Below the pieces are notes generated by a model that saw only the letters and a program-made list of their open reading frames with translations, was not told the DNA's origin and did not search any database. The translations under genes and the position numbers were made by a program. DNA of 37,039 nucleotides from Nemertoderma westbladi (taxonomy: Eukaryota > Animalia > Xenacoelomorpha): the NCBI GenBank assembly GCA_032718475.1, contig JAUCBJ010001910.1:1-37039 (forward strand), read 5' to 3'. Below are positions 9,640 to 24,600 of this stretch, one piece after another. Within the stretch, counting starts at the first letter, position 1; each line of letters starts with the position of its first letter.

Positions 9640-12600
9640 CCGAAAACTCAGAAAGATACTCTAATTTAGTACCACCATAACTCAGAAAGATGTACTCTAA
9701 TTTAGTACCACCATAACCTCAGAAAGGTGTACTCTAATTTAGTACCACCATAACCTCAGAAAGGTGTACTCTAATTTAGTACCACCAAAACCTCAGAAAG
9801 ATGTACTCTAATTTAGTACCACCATAACCTCAGAAAGATGTACTATAATTTAGTACCACCATAACCTCAGAAAGATGTACTCTAATTTAGTACCACCAAA
9901 ACCTCAGAAAGATGTACTCTAATTTAGTACCAACAAAACCTCAGAAAGATGTACTCTAATTTAGTACCACCAAAACCTCAGAAAGATGTACTCTAATTTA
10001 GTACCACCATAACCTCAGAAAGATGTACTCTAATTTAGTGATGTACTCTAATTTAGTACCAACAAAACCTCAGAAAGATGTACTCTAATTTAGTACCACC
10101 AAAACCTCAGAAAGATGTACTCTAATTTAGTACCACCATAACCTCAGAAAGATGTACTCTAATTTAGTACCACCATAACCTCAGAAAGATGTACTCTAAT
10201 TTAGTACCACCATAACCTCAGAAAGGTGTACTCTAATTTAGTACCACACCACACCATAACCTCAGAAAGATGTACTCTAAATTAGTACCACCATAACCTC
10301 AGAAATATATACTCTAATTTAGTATCCACCAAAACCTCAGAAAGATGTACTCTAATTTAGTACCACCACCATGACCTCAGAAAGATGTACTCTAATTTAG
10401 TACCACCATAACCTCAGAAATATATAATCTAATTTAGTACCACCAAAACCTCAGAAAGATGTACTCTAATGTAGTGATTTACTCTAATTTTGTACCACCA
10501 TAACCTCAGAAAGGCGCACTCTAATTTAGTACCACCATAACCTCAGAAAGATGTACTCTAATTTAGTACCACCACCATGACCTCAGAAAGATGTACTCTA
10601 ATTTAGTACCACCATAACCTCAGAAAGATGTACTCTAATTTAGTGATTTACTCTAATTTTGTACCACCATAACCTCAGAAAGGTGCACTCTAATTTAGTA
10701 CCACCATAACCTCAGAAAGATGTACTCTAATTTAGTACCACCACCATGACCTCAGAAAGGTGCACTCTAATTTAGTACCACCACCATGACCTCAGAAAGG
10801 TGCACTCTAATTTAGTACCACCACCATAACCTCAGAAAGATGTACTCTAATTTAGTACCACCACCATGACCTCAGAAAGGTGCACTCTAATTTAGTACCA
10901 CCACCATGACCTCAGAAAGGTGCACTCTAATTTAGTACCACCAAAACCTCAGAAAGATGTACTCTAATTTAGTACCACCAAAACCTCAGAAAGGTGCACT
11001 CTAATTTAGTACCACCACCATGACCTCAGAAAGGTGCACTCTAATTTAGTACCACCACCATAACCTCAGAAAGGTGCACTCTAATTTAGTACCACCATAA
11101 CCTCAGAAAGATGTACTCTAATTTAGTACCACCACCATGACCTCAGAAAGGTGCACTCTAATTTAGTACCACCACCATGACCTCAGAAAGGTGCACTCTA
11201 ATTTAGTACCACCAAAACCTCAGAAAGATGTACTCTAATTTAGTGATTTACTCTAATTTTGTACCACCATAACCTCAGAAAGGTGCACTCTAATTTAGTA
11301 CCACCAAAACCTCAGAAAGATGTACTCTAATTTAGTACCACCATAACCTCAGAAAGATGTACTCTAATTTAGTACCACCACCATGACCTCAGAAAGATGT
11401 ACTCTAATTTAGTACCACCATAACCTCAGAAAGATGTACTCTAATTTAGTACCACCAAAACCTCAGAAAGATGTACTCTAATTTAGTACCACCATAACCT
11501 CAGAAATATATACTCTAATTTAGTACCACCAAAACCTCAGAAAGATGTACTCTAATTTAGTGATTTACTCTAATTTTGTACCACCATAACCTCAGAAAGA
11601 TACTCTAATTTAGTACCACCATAACCTCAGAAAGATGTACTCTAATTTAGTACCACCAAAACCTCAGAAAGATGTACTCTAATTTAGTACCACCATAACC
11701 TCAGAAAGATGTACTCTAATTTAGTACCACCATAACCTCAGAAAGATGTACTCTAATTTAGTACCACCATAACCTCAGAAATATATACTCTAATTTAGTA
11801 CCACCAAAACCTCAGAAAGATGTACTCTAATTTAGTACCACCATAACCTCAGAAAGGTGTACTCTAATTTAGTGATTTACTCTAATTTTGCACCACCATA
11901 ACCTCAGAAAGATGTACTCTAATTTAGTACCACCAAAACCTCAGAAAGATGTACTCTAATTTAGTACCACCAAAACCTCAGAAAGATGTACTCTAATTTA
12001 GTACCACCATAACCTCAGAAAGATGTACTCTAATTTAGTACCACCATAACCTCAGAAAGATGTACTCTAATTTAGTACCACCATAACCTCAGAAAGATAC
12101 TCTAATTTAGTACCACCATAACCTCAGAAAGATGTACTCTAATTTAGTACCACCAAAACCTCAGAAAGATGTACTCTAATTTAGTACCACCAAAACCTCA
12201 GAAAGATGTACTCTAATTTAGTACCACCATAACCTCAGAAAGATGTACTCTAATTTAGTACCACCATAACCTCAGAAAGATGTACTCTAATTTAGTACCA
12301 CCATAACCTCAGAAAGATGTACTCTAATTTAGTACCACCATAACCTCAGAAAGATGTACTCTAATTTAGTACCACCAAAACCTCAAAAAGATGAACTCTA
12401 ATTTAGCACCACCATAACCTCAGAAAGATGTACTCTAATTTAGTACCACCATAACCTCAGAAAGGTGTACTCTAATTTAGCACCACCATAACCTCAGAAA
12501 GATGTACTCTAATTTAGTACCACCATAACCTCAGAAAGATGTACTCTAATTTAGTACCACCAAAACCTCAAAAAGATGAACTCTAATTTAGCACCACCAT

Positions 12601-15600
12601 AACCTCAGAAAGATGTACTCTAATTTAGTACCACCATAACCTCAGAAAGGTGTACTCTAATTTAGTACCACCATAACCTCAGAAATATATACTCTAATTT
12701 AGCACCACCATAACCTCAGAAAGATGTACTCTAATTTAGTACCACCATAACCTCAGAAAGATGTACTCTAATTTAGTACCACCATAACCTCAGAAAGATG
12801 TACTCTAATTTAGTACCACCAAAACCTCAAAAAGATGAACTCTAATTTAGCACCACCATAACCTCAGAAAGATGTACTCTAATTTAGTACCACCATAACC
12901 TCAGAAAGATGTACTCTAATTTAGTACCACCATAACCTCAGAAAGATGTACTCTAATTTAGTACCACCATAACCTCAGAAAGATACTCTAATTTAGTACC
13001 ACCATAACCTCAGAAAGATGTACTCTAATTTAGTACCACCAAAACCTCAGAAAGATGTACTCTAATTTAGTACCACCAAAACCTCAGAAAGATGTACTCT
13101 AATTTAGTACCACCATAACCTCAGAAAGATGTACTCTAATTTAGTACCACCATAACCTCAGAAAGATGTACTCTAATTTAGTACCACCATAACCTCAGAA
13201 AGATGTACTCTAATTTAGTACCACCATAACCTCAGAAAGATGTACTCTAATTTAGTACCACCAAAACCTCAAAAAGATGAACTCTAATTTAGCACCACCA
13301 TAACCTCAGAAAGATGTACTCTAATTTAGTACCACCATAACCTCAGAAAGGTGTACTCTAATTTAGTACCACCATAACCTCAGAAATATATACTCTAATT
13401 TAGTACCACCAAAACCTCAGAAAGATGTACTCTAATTTAGTACCACCATAACCTCAGAAAGATGTACTCTAATTTAGTACCACCATAACCTCAGAAAGGT
13501 GTACTCTAATTTAGTACCACCATAACCTCAGAAATATATACTCTAATTTAGTACCACCAAAACCTCAGAAAGATGTACTCTAATTTAGTACCACCATAAC
13601 CTCAGAAAGGTGTACTCTAATTTAGTACCACCATAACCTCAGAAAGATGTACTCTAATTTAGTACCACCATAACCTCAGAAAGATGTACTCTAATTTAGT
13701 ACCACCATAACCTCAGAAAGATGTACTCTAATTTAGTACCACCATAACCTCAGAAAGGTGTACTCTAATTTAGTACCACCATAACCTCAGAAAGGTGTAC
13801 TCTAATTTAGTACCACCATAACCTCAGAAAGGTGTACTCTAATTTAGTACCACCATAACCTCAGAAAGGTGTACTCTAATTTAGTACCACCATAACCTCA
13901 GAAATATATACTCTAATTTAGTACCACCAAAACCTCAGAAAGATGTACTCTAATTTAGTACCACCATAACCTCAGAAAGGTGTACTCTAATTTAGTACCA
14001 CCAAAACCTCAGAAAGATGTACTCTAATTTAGTACCACCATAACCTCAGAAAGGTGTACTCTAATTTAGTACCACCATAACCTCAGAAAGATGTACTCTA
14101 ATTTAGTACCACCATAACCTCAGAAAGGTGTACTCTAATTTAGTACCACCATAACCTCAGAAAGGTGTACTCTAATTTAGTACCACCATAACCTCAGAAA
14201 TATATACTCTAATTTAGTACCACCAAAACCTCAGAAAGATGTACTCTAATTTAGTACCACCATAACCTCAGAAAGATGTACTCTAATTTAGTACCACCAT
14301 AACCTCAGAAAGGTGTACTCTAATTTAGTACCACCATAACCTCAGAAAGATGTACTCTAATTTAGTACCACCATAACCTCAGAAAGATGTACTCTAATTT
14401 AGTACCACCATAACCTCAGAAATATATACTCTAATTTAGTACCACCAAAACCTCAGAAAGATGTACTCTAATTTAGTACCACCATAACCTCAGAAATATA
14501 TACTCTAATTTTGTACCACCATAACCTCAGAAAGATACTCTAATTTAGTACCACCATAACCTCAGAAAGATGTACTCTAATTTAGTACCACCAAAACCTC
14601 AGAAAGATGTACTCTAATTTAGTACCACCATAACCTCAGAAAGATGTACTCTAATTTAGTACCACCATAACCTCAGAAAGATGTACTCTAATTTAGTACC
14701 ACCATAACCTCAGAAATATATACTCTAATTTAGTACCACCAAAACCTCAGAAAGATGTACTCTAATTTAGTACCACCATAACCTCAGAAAGATGTACTCT
14801 AATTTAGTACCACCAAAACCTCAGAAAGATGTACTCTAATTTAGTACCACCATAACCTCAGAAAGATGTACTCTAATTTAGTACCACCATAACCTCAGAA
14901 AGGTGTACTCTAATTTAGTGATTTACTCTAATTTTGTACCACCATAACCTCAGAAATATATACTCTAATTTTGTACCACCATAACCTCAGAAAGATACTC
15001 TAATTTAGTACCACCATAACCTCAGAAAGATGTACTCTAATTTAGTACCACCAAAACCTCAGAAAGATGTACTCTAATTTAGTACCACCATAACCTCAGA
15101 AAGATGTACTCTAATTTAGTACCACCATAACCTCAGAAATATATACTCTAATTTTGTACCACCATAACCTCAGAAAGATACTCTAATTTAGTACCACCAT
15201 AACCTCAGAAAGATGTACTCTAATTTAGTACCACCAAAACCTCAGAAAGATGTACTCTAATTTAGTACCACCATAACCTCAGAAAGATGTACTCTAATTT
15301 AGTACCACCATAACCTCAGAAATATATACTCTAATTTAGTACCACCAAAACCTCAGAAAGATGTACTCTAATTTAGTACCACCATAACCTCAGAAATATA
15401 TACTCTAATTTTGTACCACCATAACCTCAGAAAGATACTCTAATTTAGTACCACCATAACCTCAGAAAGATGTACTCTAATTTAGTACCACCAAAACCTC
15501 AGAAAGATGTACTCTAATTTAGTACCACCATAACCTCAGAAAGATGTACTCTAATTTAGTACCACCATAACCTCAGAAAGATGTACTCTAATTTAGTACC

Positions 15601-18600
15601 ACCATAACCTCAGAAATATATACTCTAATTTAGTACCACCAAAACCTCAGAAAGATGTACTCTAATTTAGTACCACCATAACCTCAGAAAGATGTACTCT
15701 AATTTAGTACCACCAAAACCTCAGAAAGATGTACTCTAATTTAGTACCACCATAACCTCAGAAAGATGTACTCTAATTTAGTACCACCATAACCTCAGAA
15801 AGGTGTACTCTAATTTAGTGATTTACTCTAATTTTGTACCACCATAACCTCAGAAATATATACTCTAATTTTGTACCACCATAACCTCAGAAAGATACTC
15901 TAATTTAGTACCACCATAACCTCAGAAAGATGTACTCTAATTTAGTACCACCAAAACCTCAGAAAGATGTACTCTAATTTAGTACCACCATAACCTCAGA
16001 AAGATGTACTCTAATTTAGTACCACCATAACCTCAGAAATATATACTCTAATTTTGTACCACCATAACCTCAGAAAGATACTCTAATTTAGAACCACCAT
16101 AACCTCAGAAAGATGTACTCTAATTTAGTACCACCAAAACCTAAGAAAGATGTACTCTAATTTAGTACCACCATAACCTCAGAAAGATGTACTCTAATTT
16201 AGTACCACCATAACCTCAGAAAGATGTACTCTAATTTAGTACCACCATAACCTCAGAAATATATACTCTAATTTAGTACCACCAAAACCTCAGAAAGATG
16301 TACTCTAATTTAGTACCACCATAACCTCAGAAAGATGTACTCTAATTTAGTACCACCATAACCTCAGAAAGGTGTACTCTAATTTAGTACCACCATAACC
16401 TCAGAAAGATGTACTCTAATTTAGTACCACCAAAACCTCAGAAAGATGTACTCTAATTTAGTACCACCAAAACCTCAGAAAGATGTACTCTAATTTAGTA
16501 CCACCAAAACCTCAGAAAGATGTACTCTAATTTAGTACCACCAAAACCTCAGAAAGATGTACTCTAATTTAGTACCACCAAAACCTCAGAAAGATGTACT
16601 CTAATTTAGTACCACCATAACCTCAGAAAGATGTACTCTAATTTAGTACCACCATAACCTCAGAAAGATGTACTCTAATTTAGTACCACCATAACCTCAG
16701 AAAGATGTACTCTAATTTAGTACCACCATAACGTCAGAAAGATGAACTCTAATTTAGTACCACCAAAACCTCAGAAAGATGAACTCTAATTTAGCACCAC
16801 CATAACCTCAGAAAGATGTACTCTAATTTAGTACCACCATAACCTCAGAAAGGTGTACTCTAATTTAGTACCACCATAACCTCAGAAATATATACTCTAA
16901 TTTAGTACCACCAAAACCTCAGAAAGATGTACTCTAATTTAGTACCACCATAACCTCAGAAAGATGTACTCTAATTTAGTACCACCATAACCTCAGAAAG
17001 GTGTACTCTAATTTAGTACCACCATAACCTCAGAAATATATACTCTAATTTTGTACCACCATAACCTCAGAAAGATACTCTAATTTAGTACCACCATAAC
17101 CTCAGAAAGATGTACTCTAATTTAGTACCACCAAAACCTCAGAAAGATGTACTCTAATTTAGTACCACCATAACCTCAGAAAGATGTACTCTAATTTAGT
17201 ACCACCATAACCTCAGAAAGATGTACTCTAATTTAGTACCACCATAACCTCAGAAATATATACTCTAATTTAGTACCACCAAAACCTCAGAAAGATGAAC
17301 TCTAATTTAGCACCACCATAACCTCAGAAAGATGTACTCTAATTTAGTACCACCATAACTCAGAAAGATGTACTCTAATTTAGTACCACCATAACCTCAG
17401 AAAGATGTACTCTAATTTAGTACCACCATAACCTCAGAAATATATACTCTAATTTAGTACCACCAAAACCTCAGAAAGATGAACTCTAATTTAGCACCAC
17501 CATAACCTCAGAAAGATGTACTCTAATTTAGTACCACCATAACTCAGAAAGATGTACTCTAATTTAGTACCACCAAAACCTCAGAAAGATGAACTCTAAT
17601 TTAGCACCACCATAACCTCAGAAAGATGTACTCTAATTTAGTACCACCATAACTCAGAAAGATGTACTCTAATTTAGTACCACCATAACCTCAGAAAGAT
17701 GTACTCTAATTTAGTACCACCATAACCTCAGAAAGATGTACTCTAATTTAGTACCACCATAACCTCAGAAAGGTGTACTCTAATTTAGTGATTTACTCTA
17801 ATTTTGTACCACCATAACCTCAGAAATATATACTCTAATTTTGTACCACCATAACCTCAGAAAGATACTCTAATTTAGTACCACCATAACCTCAGAAAGA
17901 TGTACTCTAATTTAGTACCACCAAAACCTCAGAAAGATGTACTCTAATTTAGTACCACCATAACCTCAGAAAGATGTACTCTAATTTAGTACCACCATAA
18001 CCTCAGAAATATATACTCTAATTTTGTACCACCATAACCTCAGAAAGATACTCTAATTTAGTACCACCATAACCTCAGAAAGATGTACTCTAATTTAGTA
18101 CCACCAAAACCTCAGAAAGATGTACTCTAATTTAGTACCACCATAACCTCAGAAAGATGTACTCTAATTTAGTACCACCATAACCTCAGAAAGATGTACT
18201 CTAATTTAGTACCACCATAACCTCAGAAATATATACTCTAATTTAGTACCACCAAAACCTCAGAAAGATGTACTCTAATTTAGTACCACCATAACCTCAG
18301 AAAGATGTACTCTAATTTAGTACCACCATAACCTCAGAAAGATACTCTAATTTAGTACCACCATAACCTCAGAAAGATGTACTCTAATTTAGTACCACCA
18401 AAACCTCAGAAAGATGTACTCTAATTTAGTACCACCAAAACCTCAGAAAGATGTACTCTAATTTAGTACCACCATAACCTCAGAAAGATGTACTCTAATT
18501 TAGTACCACCATAACCTCAGAAAGATGTACTCTAATTTAGTACCACCATAACCTCAGAAAGATGTACTCTAATTTAGTACCACCATAACGTCAGAAAGAT

Positions 18601-21600
18601 GAACTCTAATTTAGTACCACCAAAACCTCAGAAAGATGAACTCTAATTTAGCACCACCATAACCTCAGAAAGATGTACTCTAATTTAGTACCACCATAAC
18701 CTCAGAAAGGTGTACTCTAATTTAGTACCACCATAACCTCAGAAATATATACTCTAATTTAGTACCACCAAAACCTCAGAAAGATGTACTCTAATTTAGT
18801 ACCACCATAACCTCAGAAAGATGTACTCTAATTTAGTACCACCATAACCTCAGAAAGGTGTACTCTAATTTAGTACCACCATAACCTCAGAAATATATAC
18901 TCTAATTTAGTACCACCAAAACCTCAGAAAGATGTACTCTAATTTAGTACCACCATAACCTCAGAAAGGTGTACTCTAATTTAGTACCACCATAACCTCA
19001 GAAAGATGTACTCTAATTTAGTACCACCATAACCTCAGAAAGATGTACTCTAATTTAGTACCACCATAACCTCAGAAAGATGTACTCTAATTTAGTACCA
19101 CCATAACCTCAGAAAGGTGTACTCTAATTTAGTACCACCATAACCTCAGAAAGATGTACTCTAATTTAGTACCACCATAACCTCAGAAAGGTGTACTCTA
19201 ATTTAGTACCACCATAACCTCAGAAATATATACTCTAATTTAGTACCACCAAAACCTCAGAAAGATGTACTCTAATTTAGTACCACCATAACCTCAGAAA
19301 GGTGTACTCTAATTTAGTACCACCAAAACCTCAGAAAGATGTACTCTAATTTAGTACCACCATAACCTCAGAAAGGTGTACTCTAATTTAGTACCACCAT
19401 AACCTCATAAAGATGTACTCTAATTTAGTACCACCATAACCTCAGAAAGGTGTACTCTAATTTAGTACCACCATAACCTCAGAAAGGTGTACTCTAATTT
19501 AGTACCACCATAACCTCAGAAATATATACTCTAATTTAGTACCACCAAAACCTCAGAAAGATGTACTCTAATTTAGTACCACCATAATCTCAGAAAGATG
19601 TACTCTAATTTAGTACCACCATAACCTCAGAAAGGTGTACTCTAATTTAGTACCACCATAACCTCAGAAAGATGTACTCTAATTTAGTACCACCATAACC
19701 TCAGAAAGATGTACTCTAATTTAGTACCACCATAACCTCAGAAAGATGTACTCTAATTTAGTACCACCATAACCTCAGAAAGGTGTACTCTAATTTAGTA
19801 CCACCATAACCTCAGAAATATATACTCTAATTTAGTACCACCAAAACCTCAGAAAGATGTACTCTAATTTAGTACCACCATAACCTCAGAAAGGTGTACT
19901 CTAATTTAGTACCACCAAAACCTCAGAAAGATGTACTCTAATTTAGTACCACCATAACCTCAGAAAGGTGTACTCTAATTTAGTACCACCATAACCTCAG
20001 AAAGATGTACTCTAATTTAGTACCACCATAACTCAGAAAGATGTACTCTAATTTAGTACCACCATAACCTCAGAAAGATGTACTCTAATTTAGTACCACC
20101 ATAACCTCAGAAAGATGTACTCTAATTTAGTACCACCATAACCTCAGAAAGGTGTACTCTAATTTAGTGATTTACTCTAATTTTGTACCACCATAACCTC
20201 AGAAATATATACTCTAATTTTGTACCACCATAACCTCAGAAAGATGTACTCTAATTTAGTACCACCAAAACCTCAGAAAGATGTACTCTAATTTAGTACC
20301 ACCATAACCTCAGAAAGATGTACTCTAATTTAGTACCACCATAACCTCAGAAATATATACTCTAATTTTGTACCACCATAACCTCAGAAAGATACTCTAA
20401 TTTAGTACCACCATAACCTCAGAAAGATGTACTCTAATTTAGTACCACCAAAACCTCAGAAAGATGTACTCTAATTTAGTACCACCATAACCTCAGAAAG
20501 ATGTACTCTAATTTAGTACCACCATAACCTCAGAAAGATGTACTCTAATTTAGTACCACCATAACCTCAGAAATATATACTCTAATTTAGTACCACCAAA
20601 ACCTCAGAAAGATGTACTCTAATTTAGTACCACCATAACCTCAGAAAGATGTACTCTAATTTAGTACCACCATAACCTCAGAAAGATACTCTAATTTAGT
20701 ACCACCATAACCTCAGAAAGATGTACTCTAATTTAGTACCACCAAAACCTCAGAAAGATGTACTCTAATTTAGTACCACCAAAACCTCAGAAAGATGTAC
20801 TCTAATTTAGTACCACCATAACCTCAGAAAGATGTACTCTAATTTAGTACCACCATAACCTCAGAAAGATGTACTCTAATTTAGTACCACCATAACCTCA
20901 GAAAGATGTACTCTAATTTAGTACCACCATAACGTCAGAAAGATGAACTCTAATTTAGTACCACCAAAACCTCAGAAAGATGAACTCTAATTTAGCACCA
21001 CCATAACCTCAGAAAGATGTACTCTAATTTAGTACCACCATAACCTCAGAAAGGTGTACTCTAATTTAGTACCACCATAACCTCAGAAATATATACTCTA
21101 ATTTAGTACCACCAAAACCTCAGAAAGATGTACTCTAATTTAGTACCACCATAACCTCAGAAAGATGTACTCTAATTTAGTACCACCATAACCTCAGAAA
21201 GGTGTACTCTAATTTAGTACCACCATAACCTCAGAAATATATACTCTAATTTAGTACCACCAAAACCTCAGAAAGATGTACTCTAATTTAGTACCACCAT
21301 AACCTCAGAAAGGTGTACTCTAATTTAGTACCACCATAACCTCAGAAAGATGTACTCTAATTTAGTACCACCATAACCTCAGAAAGATGTACTCTAATTT
21401 AGTACCACCATAACCTCAGAAAGATGTACTCTAATTTAGTACCACCATAACCTCAGAAAGGTGTACTCTAATTTAGTACCACCATAACCTCAGAAAGATG
21501 TACTCTAATTTAGTACCACCATAACCTCAGAAAGGTGTACTCTAATTTAGTACCACCATAACCTCAGAAATATATACTCTAATTTAGTACCACCAAAACC

Positions 21601-24600
21601 TCAGAAAGATGTACTCTAATTTAGTACCACCATAACCTCAGAAAGGTGTACTCTAATTTAGTACCACCAAAACCTCAGAAAGATGTACTCTAATTTAGTA
21701 CCACCATAACCTCAGAAAGGTGTACTCTAATTTAGTACCACCATAACCTCATAAAGATGTACTCTAATTTAGTACCACCATAACCTCAGAAAGGTGTACT
21801 CTAATTTAGTACCACCATAACCTCAGAAAGGTGTACTCTAATTTAGTACCACCATAACCTCAGAAATATATACTCTAATTTAGTACCACCAAAACCTCAG
21901 AAAGATGTACTCTAATTTAGTACCACCATAATCTCAGAAAGATGTACTCTAATTTAGTACCACCATAACCTCAGAAAGGTGTACTCTAATTTAGTACCAC
22001 CATAACCTCAGAAAGATGTACTCTAATTTAGTACCACCATAACCTCAGAAAGATGTACTCTAATTTAGTACCACCATAACCTCAGAAAGATGTACTCTAA
22101 TTTAGTACCACCATAACCTCAGAAAGGTGTACTCTAATTTAGTACCACCATAACCTCAGAAATATATACTCTAATTTAGTACCACCAAAACCTCAGAAAG
22201 ATGTACTCTAATTTAGTACCACCATAACCTCAGAAAGGTGTACTCTAATTTAGTACCACCAAAACCTCAGAAAGATGTACTCTAATTTAGTACCACCATA
22301 ACCTCAGAAAGGTGTACTCTAATTTAGTACCACCATAACCTCAGAAAGATGTACTCTAATTTAGTACCACCATAACCTCAGAAAGGTGTACTCTAATTTA
22401 GTACCACCATAACCTCAGAAAGGTGTACTCTAATTTAGTACCACCATAACCTCAGAAATATATACTCTAATTTAGTACCACCAAAACCTCAGAAAGATGT
22501 ACTCTAATTTAGTACCACCATAACCTCAGAAAGATGTACTCTAATTTAGTACCACCATAACCTCAGAAAGGTGTACTCTAATTTAGTACCACCATAACCT
22601 CAGAAAGATGTACTCTAATTTAGTACCACCATAACCTCAGAAAGATGTACTCTAATTTAGTACCACCATAACCTCAGAAATATATACTCTAATTTAGTAC
22701 CACCAAAACCTCAGAAAGATGTACTCTAATTTAGTACCACCATAACCTCAGAAAGGTGTACTCTAATTTAGTGATTTACTCTAATTTTGTACCACCATAA
22801 CCTCAGAAAGATACTCTAATTTAGTACCACCAAAACCTCAGAAAGATGTACTCTAATTTAGTACCACCAAAACCTCAGAAAGATGTACTCTAATTTAGTA
22901 CCACCATAACCTCAGAAAGATGTACTCTAATTTAGTACCACCATAACCTCAGAAAGATGTACTCTAATTTAGTACCACCATAACGTCAGAAAGATGAACT
23001 CTAATTTAGTGCCACCAAAACCTCAGAAAGATGAACTCTAATTTAGCACCACCATAACCTCAGAAAGATGTACTCTAATTTAGTACCACCATAACCTCAG
23101 AAAGATGTACTCTAATTTAGTACCACCATAACCTCAGAAAGATGTACTCTAATTTAGTACCACCATAACGTCAGAAAGATGAACTCTAATTTAGTGCCAC
23201 CAAAACCTCAGAAAGATGAACTCTAATTTAGCACCACCATAACCTCAGAAAGATGTACTCTAATTTAGTACCACCATAACTCAGAAAGATGTACTCTAAT
23301 TTAGTACCACCATAACCTCAGAAAGATGTACTCTAATTTAGTACCACCAAAACCTCAGAAAGATGAACTCTAATTTAGCACCACCATAACCTCAGAAAGA
23401 TGTACTCTAATTTAGTACCACCATAACCTCAGAAAGATGTACTCTAATTTAGTACCACCATAACCTCAGAAAGATGTACTCTAATTTAGTACCACCATAA
23501 CCTCAGAAAGATGAACTCTAATTTAGTGATGTACTCTAATTTAGTACCACCATAACCTCAGAAAGATGTACTCTAATTTAGTACCACCAAAACCTCAGAA
23601 AGATGAACTCTAATTTAGCACCACCATAACCTCAGAAAGATGTACTCTAATTTAGTACCACCATAACCTCAGAAAGATGTACTCTAATTTAGTACCACCA
23701 TAACCTCAGAAAGATGTACTCTAATTTAGTACCACCATAACCTCAGAAAGATGAACTCTAATTTAGTACCACCACCATGACCTCAGAAAGATGAACTCTA
23801 ATTTAGTACCACCATAACTTCAGAAAGATGTACTCTAATTTAGTACCAACAAAACCTCAGAAAGATGAACTCTAATTTAGTACCACCATAACCTCAGAAA
23901 GATGTACTCTAATTTAGTACCAACAAAACCTCAGAAAGATGAACTCTAATTTAGTACCACCATAACCTCAGAAAGATGTACTCTAATTTAGTACCACCAA
24001 AACCTCAGAAAGATGAACTCTAATTTAGCACCACCATAACCTCAGAAAGATGTACTCTAATTTAGTACCACCAAAACCTCAGAAAGATGTACTCTAATTT
24101 AGTACCACCATAACCTCAGAAAGATGCACTCTAATTTAGTACCACCATAACCTCAGAAAGATGTACTCTAATTTAGTACCACCAAAACCTCAGAAAGATG
24201 TACTCTAATTTAGTACCACCATAACCTCAGAAAGATGTACTCTAATTTAGTACCACCATAACCTCAGAAAGATGAACTCTTATTTAGTACCACCATAACC
24301 TCAGAAAGATGAACTCTAATTTAGTACCACCATAACCTCAGAAAGATGAACTCTAATTTAGTACCACCATAACCTCAGAAAGATGTACTCTAATTTAGTA
24401 CCACCAAAACCTCAGAAAGATGAACTCTAATTTAGTACCACCATAACCTCAGAAAGATGAACTCTAATTTAGTACCACCACCATGACCTCAGAAAGATGA
24501 ACTCTAATTTAGTACCACCATAACCTCAGAAAGATGTACTCTAATTTAGTACCACCAAAACCTCAGAAAGATGAACTCTAATTTAGTACCACCATAACCT

